A DNA stretch of 64,000 nucleotides, from positions 58,342,001 through 58,406,000 of the forward strand of contig NC_073382.1 in the NCBI RefSeq assembly GCF_028641065.1. Direction: 5' to 3'. Below are positions 25,297 to 38,407 of this stretch, in pieces (position 1 is the first letter of the stretch; each line of letters begins with the position of its first letter). The notes beneath the pieces are model-generated. The model had not been told where the DNA came from and searched no databases. It saw nothing but the letters and a program-made list of their open reading frames with translations. Source of the stretch: Leucoraja erinacea. Its lineage: Eukaryota. The position numbers were made by a program, and so were the translations under genes.

Positions 25297-26990
25297 TATA
25301 ACCATATAACAATTACAGCACGGAAACGGGCCATCTCGACCCTTCTAGTCCGTGCCGACCATGTATTCTCCCCTAGTCCCATATACCTGCGTTCAGACCA
25401 TAACCCTCCATTCCTTTCCCGTCCATATAACTATCCAATTTATTTTTAAATAATAAAAACTAACCTGCCTCCACCACCTTCACTGGAAGCTCATTCCACA
25501 CAGCCACCACTCTCTGAGTAAAGAAGTTCCCCCTCATGTTACCCCTAAACTTTTGTCCCTTAATTCTCAAGTCATGTCCCCTTGTTTGAATCTTCCCTAC
25601 TCTCAGTGGGAAAAGATTATCCACGTCAACTCTGTCTATCCCTCTCATCATTTTAAAAACCTCTATCAAGTCCCCCCTTAACCTTCTGCGCTCCAAAGAA
25701 TAAAGCCCTAACTTGTTCAACCTTTCTCTGTAACTTAGTTGCTGTAACCCAGGCAACATTCTAGTAAATCTCCCCTGTACTGTCTCTATTTTGTTGACAT
25801 CCTTCCTATAATTAGGCGACCAAAATTGTACACCATACTCCAGAATTGGCCTCACCAATGCCTTGTACAATTTTAACATTGCATCCCAACTTCTATACTC
25901 AATGCTCTGATTTATAAAGGCCAGCACACCACACCACCACCACCCTTTACCACCCTATCTACATGAGATTCCAATTTACCACACCATCATCCAGATCATT
26001 GATGTACATGACAAAAGTGGACCCAACACAGATCCCTGTGGCACCCCACTAGTCACTGGCCTCCAACCTGACAAACAACCAACCATTACTCTCTGGCATC
26101 TCCCATTCAGCCACTGTTGAATCCATCTTGCTACTCCACCATTAATACCCAACAATTGAACCTTCTTAACCAACCTTCCGTGAGGAACCTTGTCAAAGGC
26201 CTTACTCAAATCCATATATACAACATCCACTGCTTTACCCTCATCAATTTCCCGAGTAACCTCTTCAGAAAATTCAAGAAGATTAGTCAAACATGACCTT
26301 CCAGGCACAAATCCATGTTGACTGTTCCTAATCAGACCCTGTTTATCCAGATGCTTATATATATTATCTCTAAGTATCCTTTCCATTAATTTGCTCACCA
26401 CTGACGTCAAACTAACAGGTCTATAATTGCTAGGTTTACTCTTAGAACCCTTTTTAAACAATGGAACAACATGCGCAGTACGCCAATCCTCTGGCACCAT
26501 TCCCGTTTCTAATGACATTTGAAATATTTCTGTCATAGCCCCTGCTATTTCTACACTAACTTCCCTCAATGTCAATGTCCTAGGGAATATCCTGTCCGGA
26601 CCTGGAGACTTATCCACTTTTATATTTCTCAAAAGTGTCAGTACTTCCTCTTCTTTGATCCTCATAGTTTCCATAGCTACTCTACTTGTTTCCCTTACCT
26701 CACATAATTCAATATCCTTCTCCTTGGTGAATACCGAAGAAAAGAAATTTGTTCAATATCTCCCCCATCTCTTTTGGCTCTGCAGATAGCTGTCCACTCT
26801 GACTCTCTAATGGACCAACTTTATCCCTCGTTATCCTTTTGCTATTAATATAGCTCTAGAAACCCTTTGGATTTACTTTCACCTTACTTGCCAAAGCAAC
26901 CTCATATCTTCTTTTAGCTTTTCTAATTTCTTTCTTAAGATTCTTTTTACATTCTTTATACTCCTCAAGCACCTCATTTACTTATGCTGC
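25297..26990 (-). mobile_element. CR1 LINE (second family), internally deleted
   Basis: ORFs 25976-26674 (KSPGPD, NYRPVSLTS, QHGF, DLSKAFDKV, GVPQGS) and 25460-25927. The FADD region is deleted near 25930-25990. Tail reads (ataaccat)n on the plus strand. Confidence 0.92.
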
Positions 26991-27160
26991 CTATTTGTAC
27001 TATAACATTCTACAACAAGTACATTCTTGATTCCAAGATTATTTGTAGATAAATAATTTCTGTAAAGTAACCTAACCCCATCCACCTTTCCAAATTATTC
27101 AATATACAGATATGTTTATTTTATAGCTGCAATGAACATCTGTACTCTTCAGTCACGTTA

Positions 27161-27462
27161 GGGCAACACAGTGGTGCAGCAGTAGAATTGCTGCCTTAAA
27201 GCACCAAAGACCTGGGTTCGATCCTGATTATGTGTGTTGTGTGTACGGAGTATGTAGGTTCTCCTTGTGACCGTGTGGGTTTTCTCCGGGTGCTCTGGTT
27301 TCTTCCCACACTCCAAAGACATGCAGGTTTATAGGTTAATTGGCTTTTTGGAAAATTTGTAAATTGTCTCTGGTATGAAGGATAGTGCCAGCATATGGGG
27401 TGATCGCTGGTCGGCGCCGATTCAGTTAGCCAAAGGGCTTGTTTCTACACTGTATCTCTAAA
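27161..27462 (+). mobile_element. HE1-like V-SINE, full length
   Basis: tRNA head with B box ggttcgatcc, V domain gtgtgggttttctccgggtgctctggtttcttcccaca, CR1-like tail. Confidence 0.9.
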
Positions 27463-27605
27463 GTCACTTGTGTCAATGTTTAAAAAGTAGAATTTTACTA
27501 ATTATCCCAAATCAACTGAACTGACCTGGCGTTACATCATGCCAAGTGCAGAATTATTTCCAGTGTATAGAAATTTCCATGCTGAACATCTTTTAAAGTG
27601 CATTC

Positions 27606-27870
27606 GGACGACAGATAGCACAATGGGCTAAGAGTTCGGCTGGCGACCGGAGGGTAGCCGGTTCAAATCCCGCTTGGAGTGCATACTGTCGTTGTGTCCT
27701 TGGGCAAGACACTTCACCCATCTTTGCCTGTAATGGAATGTTACGGCGGCAGGCGCGGGCACACCGCGACGCCCTGTGTCTCCCTTTCAAGGGAGATGCT
27801 AAAAATGCATTTCGTTGTCTCTGTACTGTACACTGACAATGACAATAAATTGAATCATTTCATTTCATTG
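27606..27870 (+). mobile_element. tRNA-derived CORE-like SINE with Rex1/Babar-type tail
   Basis: A box tagcacaatgg, B box ggttcaaatcc, CORE-like gtgtccttgggcaagacacttcaccc, tail atttcgttgt...caatgacaataaa(catt)n. Confidence 0.7.
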
Positions 27871-28549
27871 AACAAATTATATAATCAGTTATTTAAATTA
27901 CCCCCTTATCTGAATAAAGGCATTTCCTGAACTGTAAATTGTGCCTGAATACACATTACTTTAAACGATGAATGCCAGTAATTTTTTTTAATCATGTTAG
28001 CTTGGAAGCATTATTGATGCCAAGAGTGACAGGAAGTTATTGATCTAAACAGTTAATGCTGAATCAACCCTAAGTTTATGACCATATTCTTACTCATGCT
28101 AATTCATGCATATCTCTTTAACCCTGCAAGGATATAACTATTGTTCTCATCAAAAGCCACATGAAACTAGTTCAAGTGTGAAGGAAAACCTATGCTACGG
28201 AAAATTCTGTATTTTGAAACTACCAAATGCAATATTTTCTCAATCAATAAAGCTAAATGAATTTAAAATTTATAATAATTTAAAATTTGTGATTTGCATT
28301 AACAAAATAAAACGTTTTAAACAAATGTCTGGTTATCTATAAAACAAATAATGAAATAATTAACTGGAATCACTTTAACATGTATACATGATGAATCACA
28401 TTAACCACAAAAGCCCCAGAACATTTGATTACTGTATGTCTCAACTATTCCTGGTCCAATGAAATCCACATTCTCACAACGTTCTGGATAAAAATGTTTT
28501 TCCCTAAATTTCCCACTTAATTTCTTAATAGAGACGTTGATAGTGATAG

Positions 28550-29330
28550 CATGCTGCATGGAAACAGTTCCTTCAACTTAACTCATGCCTCACCTAAACT
28601 CATCCCATTTGCCCACTTTTGGCCTTATCCCTCCAAACCTTTCCTATCCATGTAACTGTCCGAATGCCTTTTAAATATTATTGTAACTGCCTCAACTGCC
28701 TTCTCCAGCAGCTCATTCCATATTCCCACCACCCTCTGAGTGAAACAGAAGCCTCTCATGTTTCTATTAGAACTTTCTTCCTTACCTTAAATCTATGTCC
28801 TTTGGTTCTTGGTTCCCTACCCTGGGCCAAAGACTGTGCATCATCCCATAAATTACTCTCGTGAATTTATACACCTCTGTAAGTTCATCCCTTAGCCTCC
28901 TGTACTTCAAGGAATTAAGTCTTAGTTTGCCCAATCTCTCCCCATACCTCAGACCCTTACATCCCAACAAAATCCACATAAATCGTCTCTGTACCCTTTC
29001 CGGCTTAATGACATCCTTCCTCTTGCAGGGTGACCAAATGCAGCCTCAGCTATGTCTTGTACAACTGTAACGGTGTGCAAACTTCTATATTCAATAACTT
29101 GACCGATGAGCGCCAATGTTCAAAAAGTCACCTTTACGATCCTAACTACCTGTGACACCACTTTCGGAACTGTGTATTTGTTCATAGATCCCTCCACTCT
29201 ATACTCTATACGGCCCAACGGTTCACTTTGAAGGTCCTGCCATGGTGACTTCCAAAAATGCAACACCTCACACTTATATGCATTAAACTCCATTAGCCAT
29301 TCTTCAGCCCACATGATCCTGCTGTAATCT
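28550..29330 (-). mobile_element. Old CR1 fragment
   Basis: Remnants WAEEWLMEFNAYKCEVLHF and YGERLGKLRLNSLKYRRLR. Confidence 0.8.
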
Positions 29331-29717
29331 TCCATTGGTCGCCATAACTTAAACAAGTAAGGAACAAGTAGGAAGATGTTGACTGCATCCATTTTATGAT
29401 ATCACCCCTCAACCATTTGGACAAATAAGCTGCATTCTGCCAAACCATTCAGGATAATTTGCATGTCTAGTAACTCTTTGCAATTCTTTCAGTATCTCTA
29501 TGGTGACAAAAACTGAACACAGTACCCCAAGGCTCAAAAACAAGGTTAACATAGCATTGAGCCATTCCAATTGTTTACTTATATGAAAATCAATAGTTCA
29601 TCAGTTTGATTCATTCTGGTTAACAATTTTGCATTTACACAACCAGAACCTGTTTCTCTACCTATTTTTTAGTGCTTTCTAATAAATGAGTTATTTCTTT
29701 ATTTTGAAATATTTTTA

Positions 29718-30332
29718 ATAACCATATAATAACCATATAACAATTACAGCACGGAAACAGGCCATCTCGACCCTTCTAGTCCGTGCCGAACACATAATCT
29801 CCCCTAGTCCCATATACCTGCGCTCAGGCCATAACCCTCCATTCCCTTCCCATCCATATAACTATCCAATTTATTTTTAAATGATAAAAAACGAACCTGC
29901 CTCCACCACCTTCACTGGAAGCTCATTCCACACAGCTACCACTCTGAGTAAAGAAGTTCCCCCTCATGTTACCCCTAAACTTCAGTCCCTTAATTCTCAT
30001 GTCATGTCCCCTTGTTTGAATCTTCCCTACTCTCAGTGGGAAAAGCTTTTCCACGTCAACTCTGTCTATCCCTCTCATCATTTTAAAAACCTCTATCAAG
30101 TCCCCCCTTAACCTTCTGCACTCCAAAGAATAAAGCCCTAACTTGTTCAACCTTTCTCTGTAACTTAGTTGCTGAAACCCAGGCAACATTCTAGTAAATC
30201 TCCTCTGTACTCTCTCTATATTGTTGACATCCTTCCTATAATTAGGCGACCAAAATTGTACACCATACTCCAGAATTGGCCTCACCAATGCCTTGTACAA
30301 TTTTAACATTACATCCCAACTTCTATACTCAT
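29718..30332 (-). mobile_element. CR1 3' fragment (same family as 25297-26990)
   Basis: Near-identical to 25297-25905. ORF 29923-30363. Confidence 0.92.
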
Positions 30333-30804
30333 GGGATATCCAATTGGATGTCGCAGTTCTCAATTGTTATTACCTCTCACGATTTCCTATTACCATTTCA
30401 AAATCTAAAAATTAAATATAAATGGTAAGCAACCATGTCCCCAGGACAAATCCTGTGGGATCTTTCCACCTTCTGCCACTCTGATTATTTAACATTAACT
30501 AATATGCAGGGAATGGGACTGTTGGCATCAATTTGATGGACTAAATGGCCATCTCCCATTTCATGACAAATTGGGAAAATTCCATCCTTTGTTTATCTTT
30601 CTTCCATCTGATAACCCATTGTTCTATCTATTCTATCTCATATGTTGATATCCTTTCCTATTATTTAGTACATTATCTCAAGAGGTTGTGAAACCTTGAT
30701 ATGAACCATATTATTTTTGCCTTCATCATTATTACATCTACAAAATACTTTAATTGGATCAATATTTTTTTTATTACTGAAATTAACTTTTCAGAATTAT
30801 ATAG

Positions 30805-31072
30805 TTTAGAATTTAGTTTAGAAAAACAACGTGGAATCAGGCCGTTTGGCCCACCAGGTCTGCGGCCAGTAGCAGTCTCAATACACTAATTCTATTCTAT
30901 ACATGAGGGACAATTTACTGAAGCCAAGTATCCTACTAACCTGCATGTCTTTGGAATGTGTGAGGAAACCGGAGCATCCGGAGAAACCCCATGCGGTCAA
31001 AGGGAGAAGGTACAATCTCGGGTCTCTGGCACTGTAAGGCAGCAACTCTACCGCTGCACCACTGTGCCGCCC
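30805..31072 (-). mobile_element. HE1-like V-SINE
   Basis: Reverse complement gggcggcacagtggtgcagcggtagagttgctgcc followed by the V domain. Confidence 0.85.
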
Positions 31073-32099
31073 ACTCTGAATTTTCTCCAATGAGGATCCA
31101 TTACTTGTTCTTTTAGCAAATAGGCTGGCTGTTAGAGATCCCTGAATATATGTTTTTTTGTCCTTAAAATTAGGTGTATAAGGAATGTATAATAACTACA
31201 TTTCCATTAACATTCAATAAAATGTCACAGAAGTATCATTATACATTATATAACGTAGTACCGTAAACTAACAAATAGTACAGAAATAAAACAGTTGGAA
31301 TAAATGTGTTTTTGGAATGGCAGAACTATCCAACAAGAATCAGTCTTTGCTTGTCAACTATTTCTGGCTTGGATAAAAGAACAGCGTAATGTATCCAAGT
31401 CTGCCAGCAATCCCAACCAAGCTTGGCAAGAACGCAAGCTGCAAGATGTAAAAGTGTGCTCTAAGATGAAGACGAGTTAAAAGGGAAATATGTTGGCACA
31501 TGAAATATAATGTGATTAAGTGAAAAGTGATCCATTTCGTTAAAAGAATGGAAAAGTAGATTTTTTTTTTAAATCTTGGAAACCAGCAAGTATTTGCAAT
31601 CAAAGGAATTTGTGTTCCTGGTAAATGAATTACATAAAGCAAATCTACAGCAATATATTAAAATAGCAAAAATCTTTGGAATTCAACTGCAAACTCCTAC
31701 AGCATGGAAACAGGCCCTTCAGTCCAACTTGCCCATGCCGACCAAGATGCCCCACCAAAGTTAGTCCCATTCGACCACACTTGGCCCATATCCTGCTAAA
31801 CTCTTCTGATCCATGTACCTTAAACATTGTTCAAGAGCAAAGGATGCTCAGCCATTAATTATCCAAAAGATTGAGATAGATTTTCTGAGCATCCAAGGTA
31901 TCGGAGAAAATAGGGACAAGGTGAGATAGTAGTGTACAACTTTGCCCATTAACTTAGTGAATGGCAACAGTAACCTGATAGCATAATGTGACTATGAAGG
32001 GTCTCGACCCAAAACGTCACCCATTCCTTCTCCCAGAGATGCTGCCTGTCCCGCTGAGTTAATCCAACTAATGTGACTTATCCTTGCTCCTGTTTCACA

Positions 32100-32700
32100 T
32101 ATGTTTGTATGGAAGATGCGACGGAGATAGATTATGCAAGACTGTGGAGAAATGTGAGGTAACTACAGATTTGTAATCAATTATACTGAGGGTCAGGGAG
32201 CCAACATGCCTGTATGGCCAGACTTGTTGCCCAAATAGAACGACACCAGACAAGAAGAGCAGAGTTCTGGTTGCATTGAAAACATGGAAATCAGGAAAGA
32301 AAGACATTGGCGTAACAAACCTATAAGTACGGAAGTGTGGAAAAGCTTCTACAGCTCTCAGAACATTGCAGACAATGGTTCAAAAAGCTCATCCAAACTA
32401 AACATAAGAAAATACTGTGTGGAATTGTTCACATTTGACACATGGCTGATGAAGAGAAATTACGCAAGGGAGCTCAAATTATGACAAAGGCCAAAATAGT
32501 CATCGTTCAAATGTTCGATTAAAAACAATTTTGACTCATCAACAGATAGTCTGAACCAAGATGACTTACGGTAGAATTTGAGTCATCAGCACATCCATGG
32601 AACATGACGCTATTAGTTTGATGATGTCACCACAGGACAGATCATCGGAAAAGAAGCAGCAAGGATTGAAACTCAAGCTCTCCAAGACATTACACAAAGG
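32100..32700 (-). mobile_element. Ancient L2 RT fossil
   Basis: Minus strand ggtgacatcatc...gttccatggatgtgctgatgactcaaattctacc resembles a degenerate GDII..FHxYADDTQxY. Confidence 0.5.
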
Positions 32701-32756
32701 ATCCGATTTAATGAATCCTCTGTGGTAGAGCTGCTTATTCTCAATCCTATAGAGAT

Positions 32757-33000
32757 CCACAATAGTAGAGCTGCTGCCTCACTGCACCAGAGGCCCAAGT
32801 GCGATCCAAACTTCAGCTGCTGTGTGTGTGAATTCTGTGTGTTCTCCCTGTGACAGCATGCATTTCCTCGCACATCCCAAAGTCATACGGGTTAATCAGC
32901 CTCTGTAAATTGCCCTTTGTGTGCAGGGAGTACACATGGTACCAGTAATTAATGCTTGGTGTGGACTCAGTGAGCCTATTTCCTTGCCGTTTCAATCAAT
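32757..33000 (+). mobile_element. Old V-SINE
   Basis: gtagagctgctgcctcac head and a degenerate V domain. Confidence 0.7.
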
Positions 33001-33217
33001 TCAAGCAATCCAGAAGAAATTATACAGAAATACTCTTCCAGTCATTGAACATTCAACCCCTCTCTTCAGCTACCCCGTTTATTCCACTGGACAATTCTAT
33101 AAACATCTCAATCATAAATTTCACTCTTCTTTACCCATCTTTATTTCCCTATAAAAAGCAAAGAGCTGCTGAATTTCTCTTACTCATGGATTGCAATCAT
33201 GTTGTGCTCATCAACAT

Positions 33218-33497
33218 AGGCCGGCACAGTGGTAGAGTTGCCGTGTTACAGCTCCAGCGGCCCGGGTTCGATTGACCTAGGATTGTAGCTGGATGTTCTC
33301 CCTGTGAACACATCGTTTTTTTCTGGGTACTCTGATTTCCTCCCACACTCCAAAGACGTACAGGTTTGTAGGTTAATCATTTTTTCTAACTTGTTAATAG
33401 TCCCTATTGTGTAGAAAACTGTTATGGCAAGAGGTGATCGTTAATCAGCATGGACTCGTTGGGCCGAAGGGCCTGTTTTCGTGCTGTGTCTCTCAAG
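33218..33497 (+). mobile_element. HE1-like V-SINE
   Basis: cccgggttcgatt B box, V domain, tail gggccgaagggcctgtttt. Confidence 0.82.
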
Positions 33498-35902
33498 TCT
33501 AATATTCCTATCACAAAGTCCTCATCCTCTTGACTGTCGTTCTGTCTGGTGTATGAATGCTCATACACCAGACGGCTTTGCAAAGAAAAAAAACAACTAA
33601 CCTTCCAAGTTGATAAATTTTTAAAGTTAGAAGTTGGAAATAACAAAAATTTTCAAGATCCATAGAAAGGAAAGCAGGAAAAAACAAAAATAGAGGAAAC
33701 CCTGCGATGTGATAAAGCAGGATAAATTAAGTGACAACGTGAGAAAACAAATGGGAAGTGTTAATGGGATAAGAAAACAGTGTATCTGGTAAAGATAAAA
33801 AATAATCAGGATATGAAATTGTGCATCTCAATGTGGTTCGGAAAGTTAGAATGTGCCTAATGAAAAGATGAGCTGCTATTCTCAGCTTATGTTGAGATTG
33901 ATTAGAGCAAAGTAGGAGACAGAAAATCAAGTGGTCAGTGGTTTTGAAGAATCAAAATAGCAAGATATGGAAGTTCAGGGTAACACTTAAAGATTCTAAG
34001 ATGTTCAATAAAACAGTCTAGTGTTCTTAAGATCATTCCTAAGCAGAGTTCACTTCATTAACAACAAGTAGATTATAAAAAGTTGAAAGAAGTAAGCAAA
34101 TCAATGTCACGCTGGAGTGGTTGCTTTGGGCTGTTGACATTGAGGTGGTGAAGAGCAGATACCGCATCTCCTGCGACTGCACGGACAGCTGATATGCTAT
34201 CTGAGCACAGCTGAGCACTATCTTGATTTTTTTTTTCCCTTATCGAGAGTTGGTCTTAATCATTACTATCAGGACACAAAGTCAGGTTTCATGCCCTTAA
34301 TGAAAAATTATTTAATCATTTTAATTCCTTGATTGCCACCATGCTTGACTATTTAACTGACACGTACTACACGGATCAAATCTTTGCCCAAGTCTCAGTG
34401 CCAAATAAAGCAATCCCGTTTTCATACTGAAACTTATGCACCTTGAGGCATCCCCATCCTTGGAAACTATTAGTCTCAACCGAAATGGTCACATCACTAT
34501 TTAGATCACATTTTCACACCAATATCATTGTAAGCCTCAATCCATCGCAGATGATGCATGTTTACACACATGATTTTAATGATCGATTTAAAAGTCTATC
34601 AAATGCCACCATCCATCAAAAACTAGCTTGTTCCAATCGACATTCTTTTTCTCTGTCCCTCCCCTGCTCTTAACTTGATTTCTATTCGTGAATTTCAAAA
34701 CGCTCATTGCAAATCCCTCCATGGCCTTAACTTACCTCTACTCCTATAACTTCACTTGGTAAATGTGAACGTACTGTTCTGACCTAATCTTACAATTCAA
34801 CATTCAATATTTTGGCCAGATACGATGGAAATCTCTCCCAAAACCTTTCCTCTTTCTTCTGAAGGCAATTATTCAATGATGCTTTCAGCCAGCACATATA
34901 ACTCTTCCCCCAACCTTTAATGGCTTATTTTTCCACTGTGAAATATTCTGGGACTTTGGGTGTATTGATGCTGCCCAAAAATGGTAAATTATCATTCTCT
35001 TCATAGTTGGGGTCAGAGCACAGTAGTTTAATATCATCCTTCAAGCTTAAAGGAAAGAAAAGGATAAAAGTAATATGTTTTCCTGCCAGTAACATTTTCT
35101 AGTCATGTAGATCACAGTAATGACCATGAAAAAATAGCCAGAAATTCAAGGAACCTATTATAATGAAATATTTCCTGTCAGTTGAGATGTCAGAAACTGC
35201 CTACAAAATTTGTCAGCTCATCATTTTGGTTGGCACTGAAAGGAAAATTGTTACGGTACGTAATGCAGAGGTCTATTTTATTGAATACAAACACATTACA
35301 TTGGAGACAATTTAAAAGTTAATTTTCTTCAACTGAATATTCAAAACAAGCCATTTAAAACCACTTTGTGTGGTTTTGAACCTCTTTCAAAACTACACAA
35401 TTCACAACAAAAAAAGCTTAACTGACCTGCTATTTTACAAAATAATAATAGTCAACAATTCCCACTACTCAGTCTAAAATTTCACTACAGCCAAGCACAT
35501 CTTGGATCTCTTACACGTGGATCCTTGCTGTGTGCATACAGACATCTACATGTTCTAAATCATTACAACCATCTTGGTGCCTATAAAGCATTTGGGCCAT
35601 GGACGAAATTCCATAGATAAAAGCACGCAATCAAATATAATATTGAAATGTTGATTTACCCCACTGCATGTTAGCACCATCAGCAGAAAACTATCATTTG
35701 GATTACTCAATAGATAGATAGATCTGCAGTTTCTAGGTTGCTTAATGGCCACTAAGCATTAGTGGAGCATGAACTCACCAGCAGCAGTCAATGATAAACT
35801 ACGTGTTTTGTAAAACATTTTAATCAGACTTCCACTGCCATTGAAACATGGATGCAAATCAATAAACTAGCGGAATTATTATATCACAGAATGTGGACTC
35901 AC

Positions 35903-35959
35903 CTCCGTAACATCCATAACTTTAATGGCTGCCAGCTGGCCTGTTTTGACATGGCGACC
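35903..35959 (-). pseudogene. Duplicate copy of the same kinase exon with a broken acceptor (pseudo-exon or assembly duplicate)
   Basis: The 57 nt and the GTGAGT donor are identical, but upstream reads ttctttctttG|GGTCGC, so the A of the AG is missing. Confidence 0.8.
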
Positions 35960-37617
35960 CAAAGAAAGAAAAACAAGATATCAGATCGTTGAAATTTTTT
36001 TTTTTCAATTAGATCGGCTACCTGTGAATTGAAACTTAACTTTTGCTTATTCAAATGGCAAATCTGCTGTGTAAGAAAACTGTTTTGAAAAGCAAAGAAT
36101 ATTTAAAGCCAATAAAAGCTAATTTTTACCTAACACCAAGGCAAGGAAAACTATGCAGGTCATGTGAGACCTCTGCTGCATTGCACACTATTTTTCCTAT
36201 CTTCAATAATTCTACTTTCAATTCTCTTTCATATCAATAATATTCTGTTCCCTGTTTACTGGACCATAAAAAGCTACTAATAAAATCATTCTGTCAATAA
36301 AACTTCAAACTACCCTCTGACCTGCTGCTGGCACAACTTTGTGTGAACAAAACCTTGTCACTCTACGGCATAAATCTTCTCTCCCCTGCTCTTGTGACTG
36401 CAAAACATGTTGAAATCCCTCCATGGCCTTAACTTACCTCTACTCCTATAACTTCACTTGGTAAATGTGAACGTACTGTTCTGACCTAATCTTACAATTC
36501 AACATTCAATATTTTGGCCAGATACGATGGAAATCTCTCCCAAAACCTTTCCTCTTTCTTCTGAAGGCAATTATTCAATGATGCTTTCAGCCAGCACATA
36601 TAACTCTTTCCCCAACCTTTAATGGCTTATTTTTCCACTGTGAAATATTCTGGGACTTTGGGTGTATTGATGCTGCCCAAAAATGGTAAATTATCATTCT
36701 CTTCATAGTTGGGGTCAGAGCACAGTAGTTTAATATCATCCTTCAAGCTTAAAGGAAAGAAAAGGATAAAAGTAATATGTTTTCCTGCCAGTAACATTTT
36801 CTAGTCATGTAGATCACAGTAATGACCATGAAAAAATAAGCCAGGAATTCAAGGAACTATTATAATCAAGAAATATTTCCTGTCAGTTGAGATGTCAGAA
36901 ACTGCCTACAAAATTTGTCAGCTCATCATTTTTGGTTGGCACTGAAAGGAAAATTGTTACGGTACGTAATGCAGAGGTCTATTTTATTGAATACAAACAC
37001 ATTACATTGGAGACAATTTAAAAGTTAATTTCCTTCAACTGAATATTCAAAACAGTCTAAAACAAACCATGATAAACCACTTTGTGTGGAACGCTCTTTA
37101 TAAACTACACAATTCACAACAAAATATTGAAAGCTTAACTGACCTGCTATTTTACAAAATAATAATAGTCAACAATTCACACTACTCAGTCTAAAATTAC
37201 ACTACAGCCAAGGCAAATCTTGGATCTCTTACACGTGGATCCTTGCTGTGTGCATACAGACATCTACATGTTCTAAAATACATTACCACCATCTTGGTGC
37301 CTATAAAGCATTTGGGCCATGGACGAAATTCCATAGATAAATGCAAGTAATTTGGATCAAATATATTGTGAATTTACCCACTGCATTTAGCACCATCGCA
37401 GAAAATATCAATTTAGATGTAATAAGAATAGATGCTGCAGTTATACATTTGCTTAATGAGCCACTAAGGTGCTTAGTGGAGCATGAACTCACCAGCAGTC
37501 AATGATAAACTACGTGTTTTGTAAAACATTTTAATCAGACTTCCACTATGCCATTGAAACATGGATGCACAATCAATAACTAGCGGAATTATTATATCAA
37601 AAAGAATGTGGACTCAC

Positions 37618-37674
37618 CTCCGTAACATCCATAACTTTAATGGCTGCCAGCTGGCCTGTTTTGACATGGCGACC
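37618..37674 (-). CDS. MAP4K4: Internal 57-nt coding exon of a GCK-IV STE20 kinase (MAP4K4 most likely; MINK1/TNIK not excluded), encoding GRHVKTGQLAAIKVMDVTE (kinase subdomain II, AAIK lysine)
   Basis: Minus strand reads ttgtttctttctttAG|GGTCGCCATGTCAAAACAGGCCAGCTGGCAGCCATTAAAGTTATGGATGTTACGGAG|GTGAGT: polypyrimidine tract, AG acceptor, consensus donor, phase 0-0. The peptide matches the MAP4K4/MINK1 sequence as I recall it. I found no neighbouring exons within >26 kb on either side, which fits the long-intron paralogues. Confidence 0.88.
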
Positions 37675-38159
37675 CTAAAGAAAGAAACAAGATATCAGAT
37701 CGTTGAAATTTTTTTTTAAATTAGATCGTTTGTTGAATTTGAACTTATTTTTATTCAAAGTAAAATGCTGTGTAAGAAAACTGTTTTAAAAAGCAAAGAA
37801 TATTTAAAAGCCAATAAAAGCTAATTTGGTACTAACACAAGGCAAGGAAAACTATGCAGGTCATGTGAGACCTGCTGCATTGCACACTATTTTTGTCTTC
37901 AGGTATGGGACACTTCATAATTCCTACATTTCAATTCTCTTTCATAAGGTTTAAATATGCAAATCCAATATTCTTTCCCTGACAGACTGGACCATAAACT
38001 ACCTTGAACAAAATTTATACATCAATAACATTCTAACCTGCCATTATAAGCAATAAATATACATACTCTCACACTCATTGTGTGTGAACAAATGGAAATT
38101 TATACAATAGCAAATAAAAAATAGCACGTCATAAAATTCTCCTGCTCCTCCTGTGGTGG

Positions 38160-38392
38160 GCTGCAACATGTTGAAAATCCAGCGGCGACCAGAACAAGGT
38201 ACCTTTGGGTGACTACTCACGACTGTACAGGCTTCACCCCATGACATGCCAGGGTGTGAGTAATCACCTCAGTCACCCAAAGAATCATAGCGTCTTTCTG
38301 GTTGCGACTGAATTTTCAACATGTTGCAAATTTTCGCTGACCTGCAACGACCTGTGACGGGTGCCGGCAGTCGCATAAGTGGGACAGTCCCT
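38160..38392. mobile_element. Harbinger-like MITE, right end only
   Basis: Ends AAGTGGGACAGTCCCT|TAA, like the MITE at 53503-54251. The left TIR is not recognisable. Confidence 0.65.
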
Positions 38393-38407
38393 TAACAGTA
38401 TACTACA

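Larger units (their letters stand above)
34711..38180. repeat. Tandem duplication of ~1.7 kb (copy 1 34711-36412, copy 2 36413-38174)
   Basis: Both copies start AAATCCCTCCATGGCCTTAACTTACC and are collinear. AAATCC occurs at 34711, 36413 and 38175. Confidence 0.93.

Noticed and set aside
27161-27235. tRNA genes at SINE heads
   Set aside because: A and B boxes run into V or CORE domains and LINE tails, with no proper acceptor stem or terminator.
32560-32700. Apparent minus-strand splice donor (GTAAGT) suggesting another kinase exon
   Set aside because: I found no MAP4K-like peptide upstream. The sequence fits a decayed L2 YADD region better.
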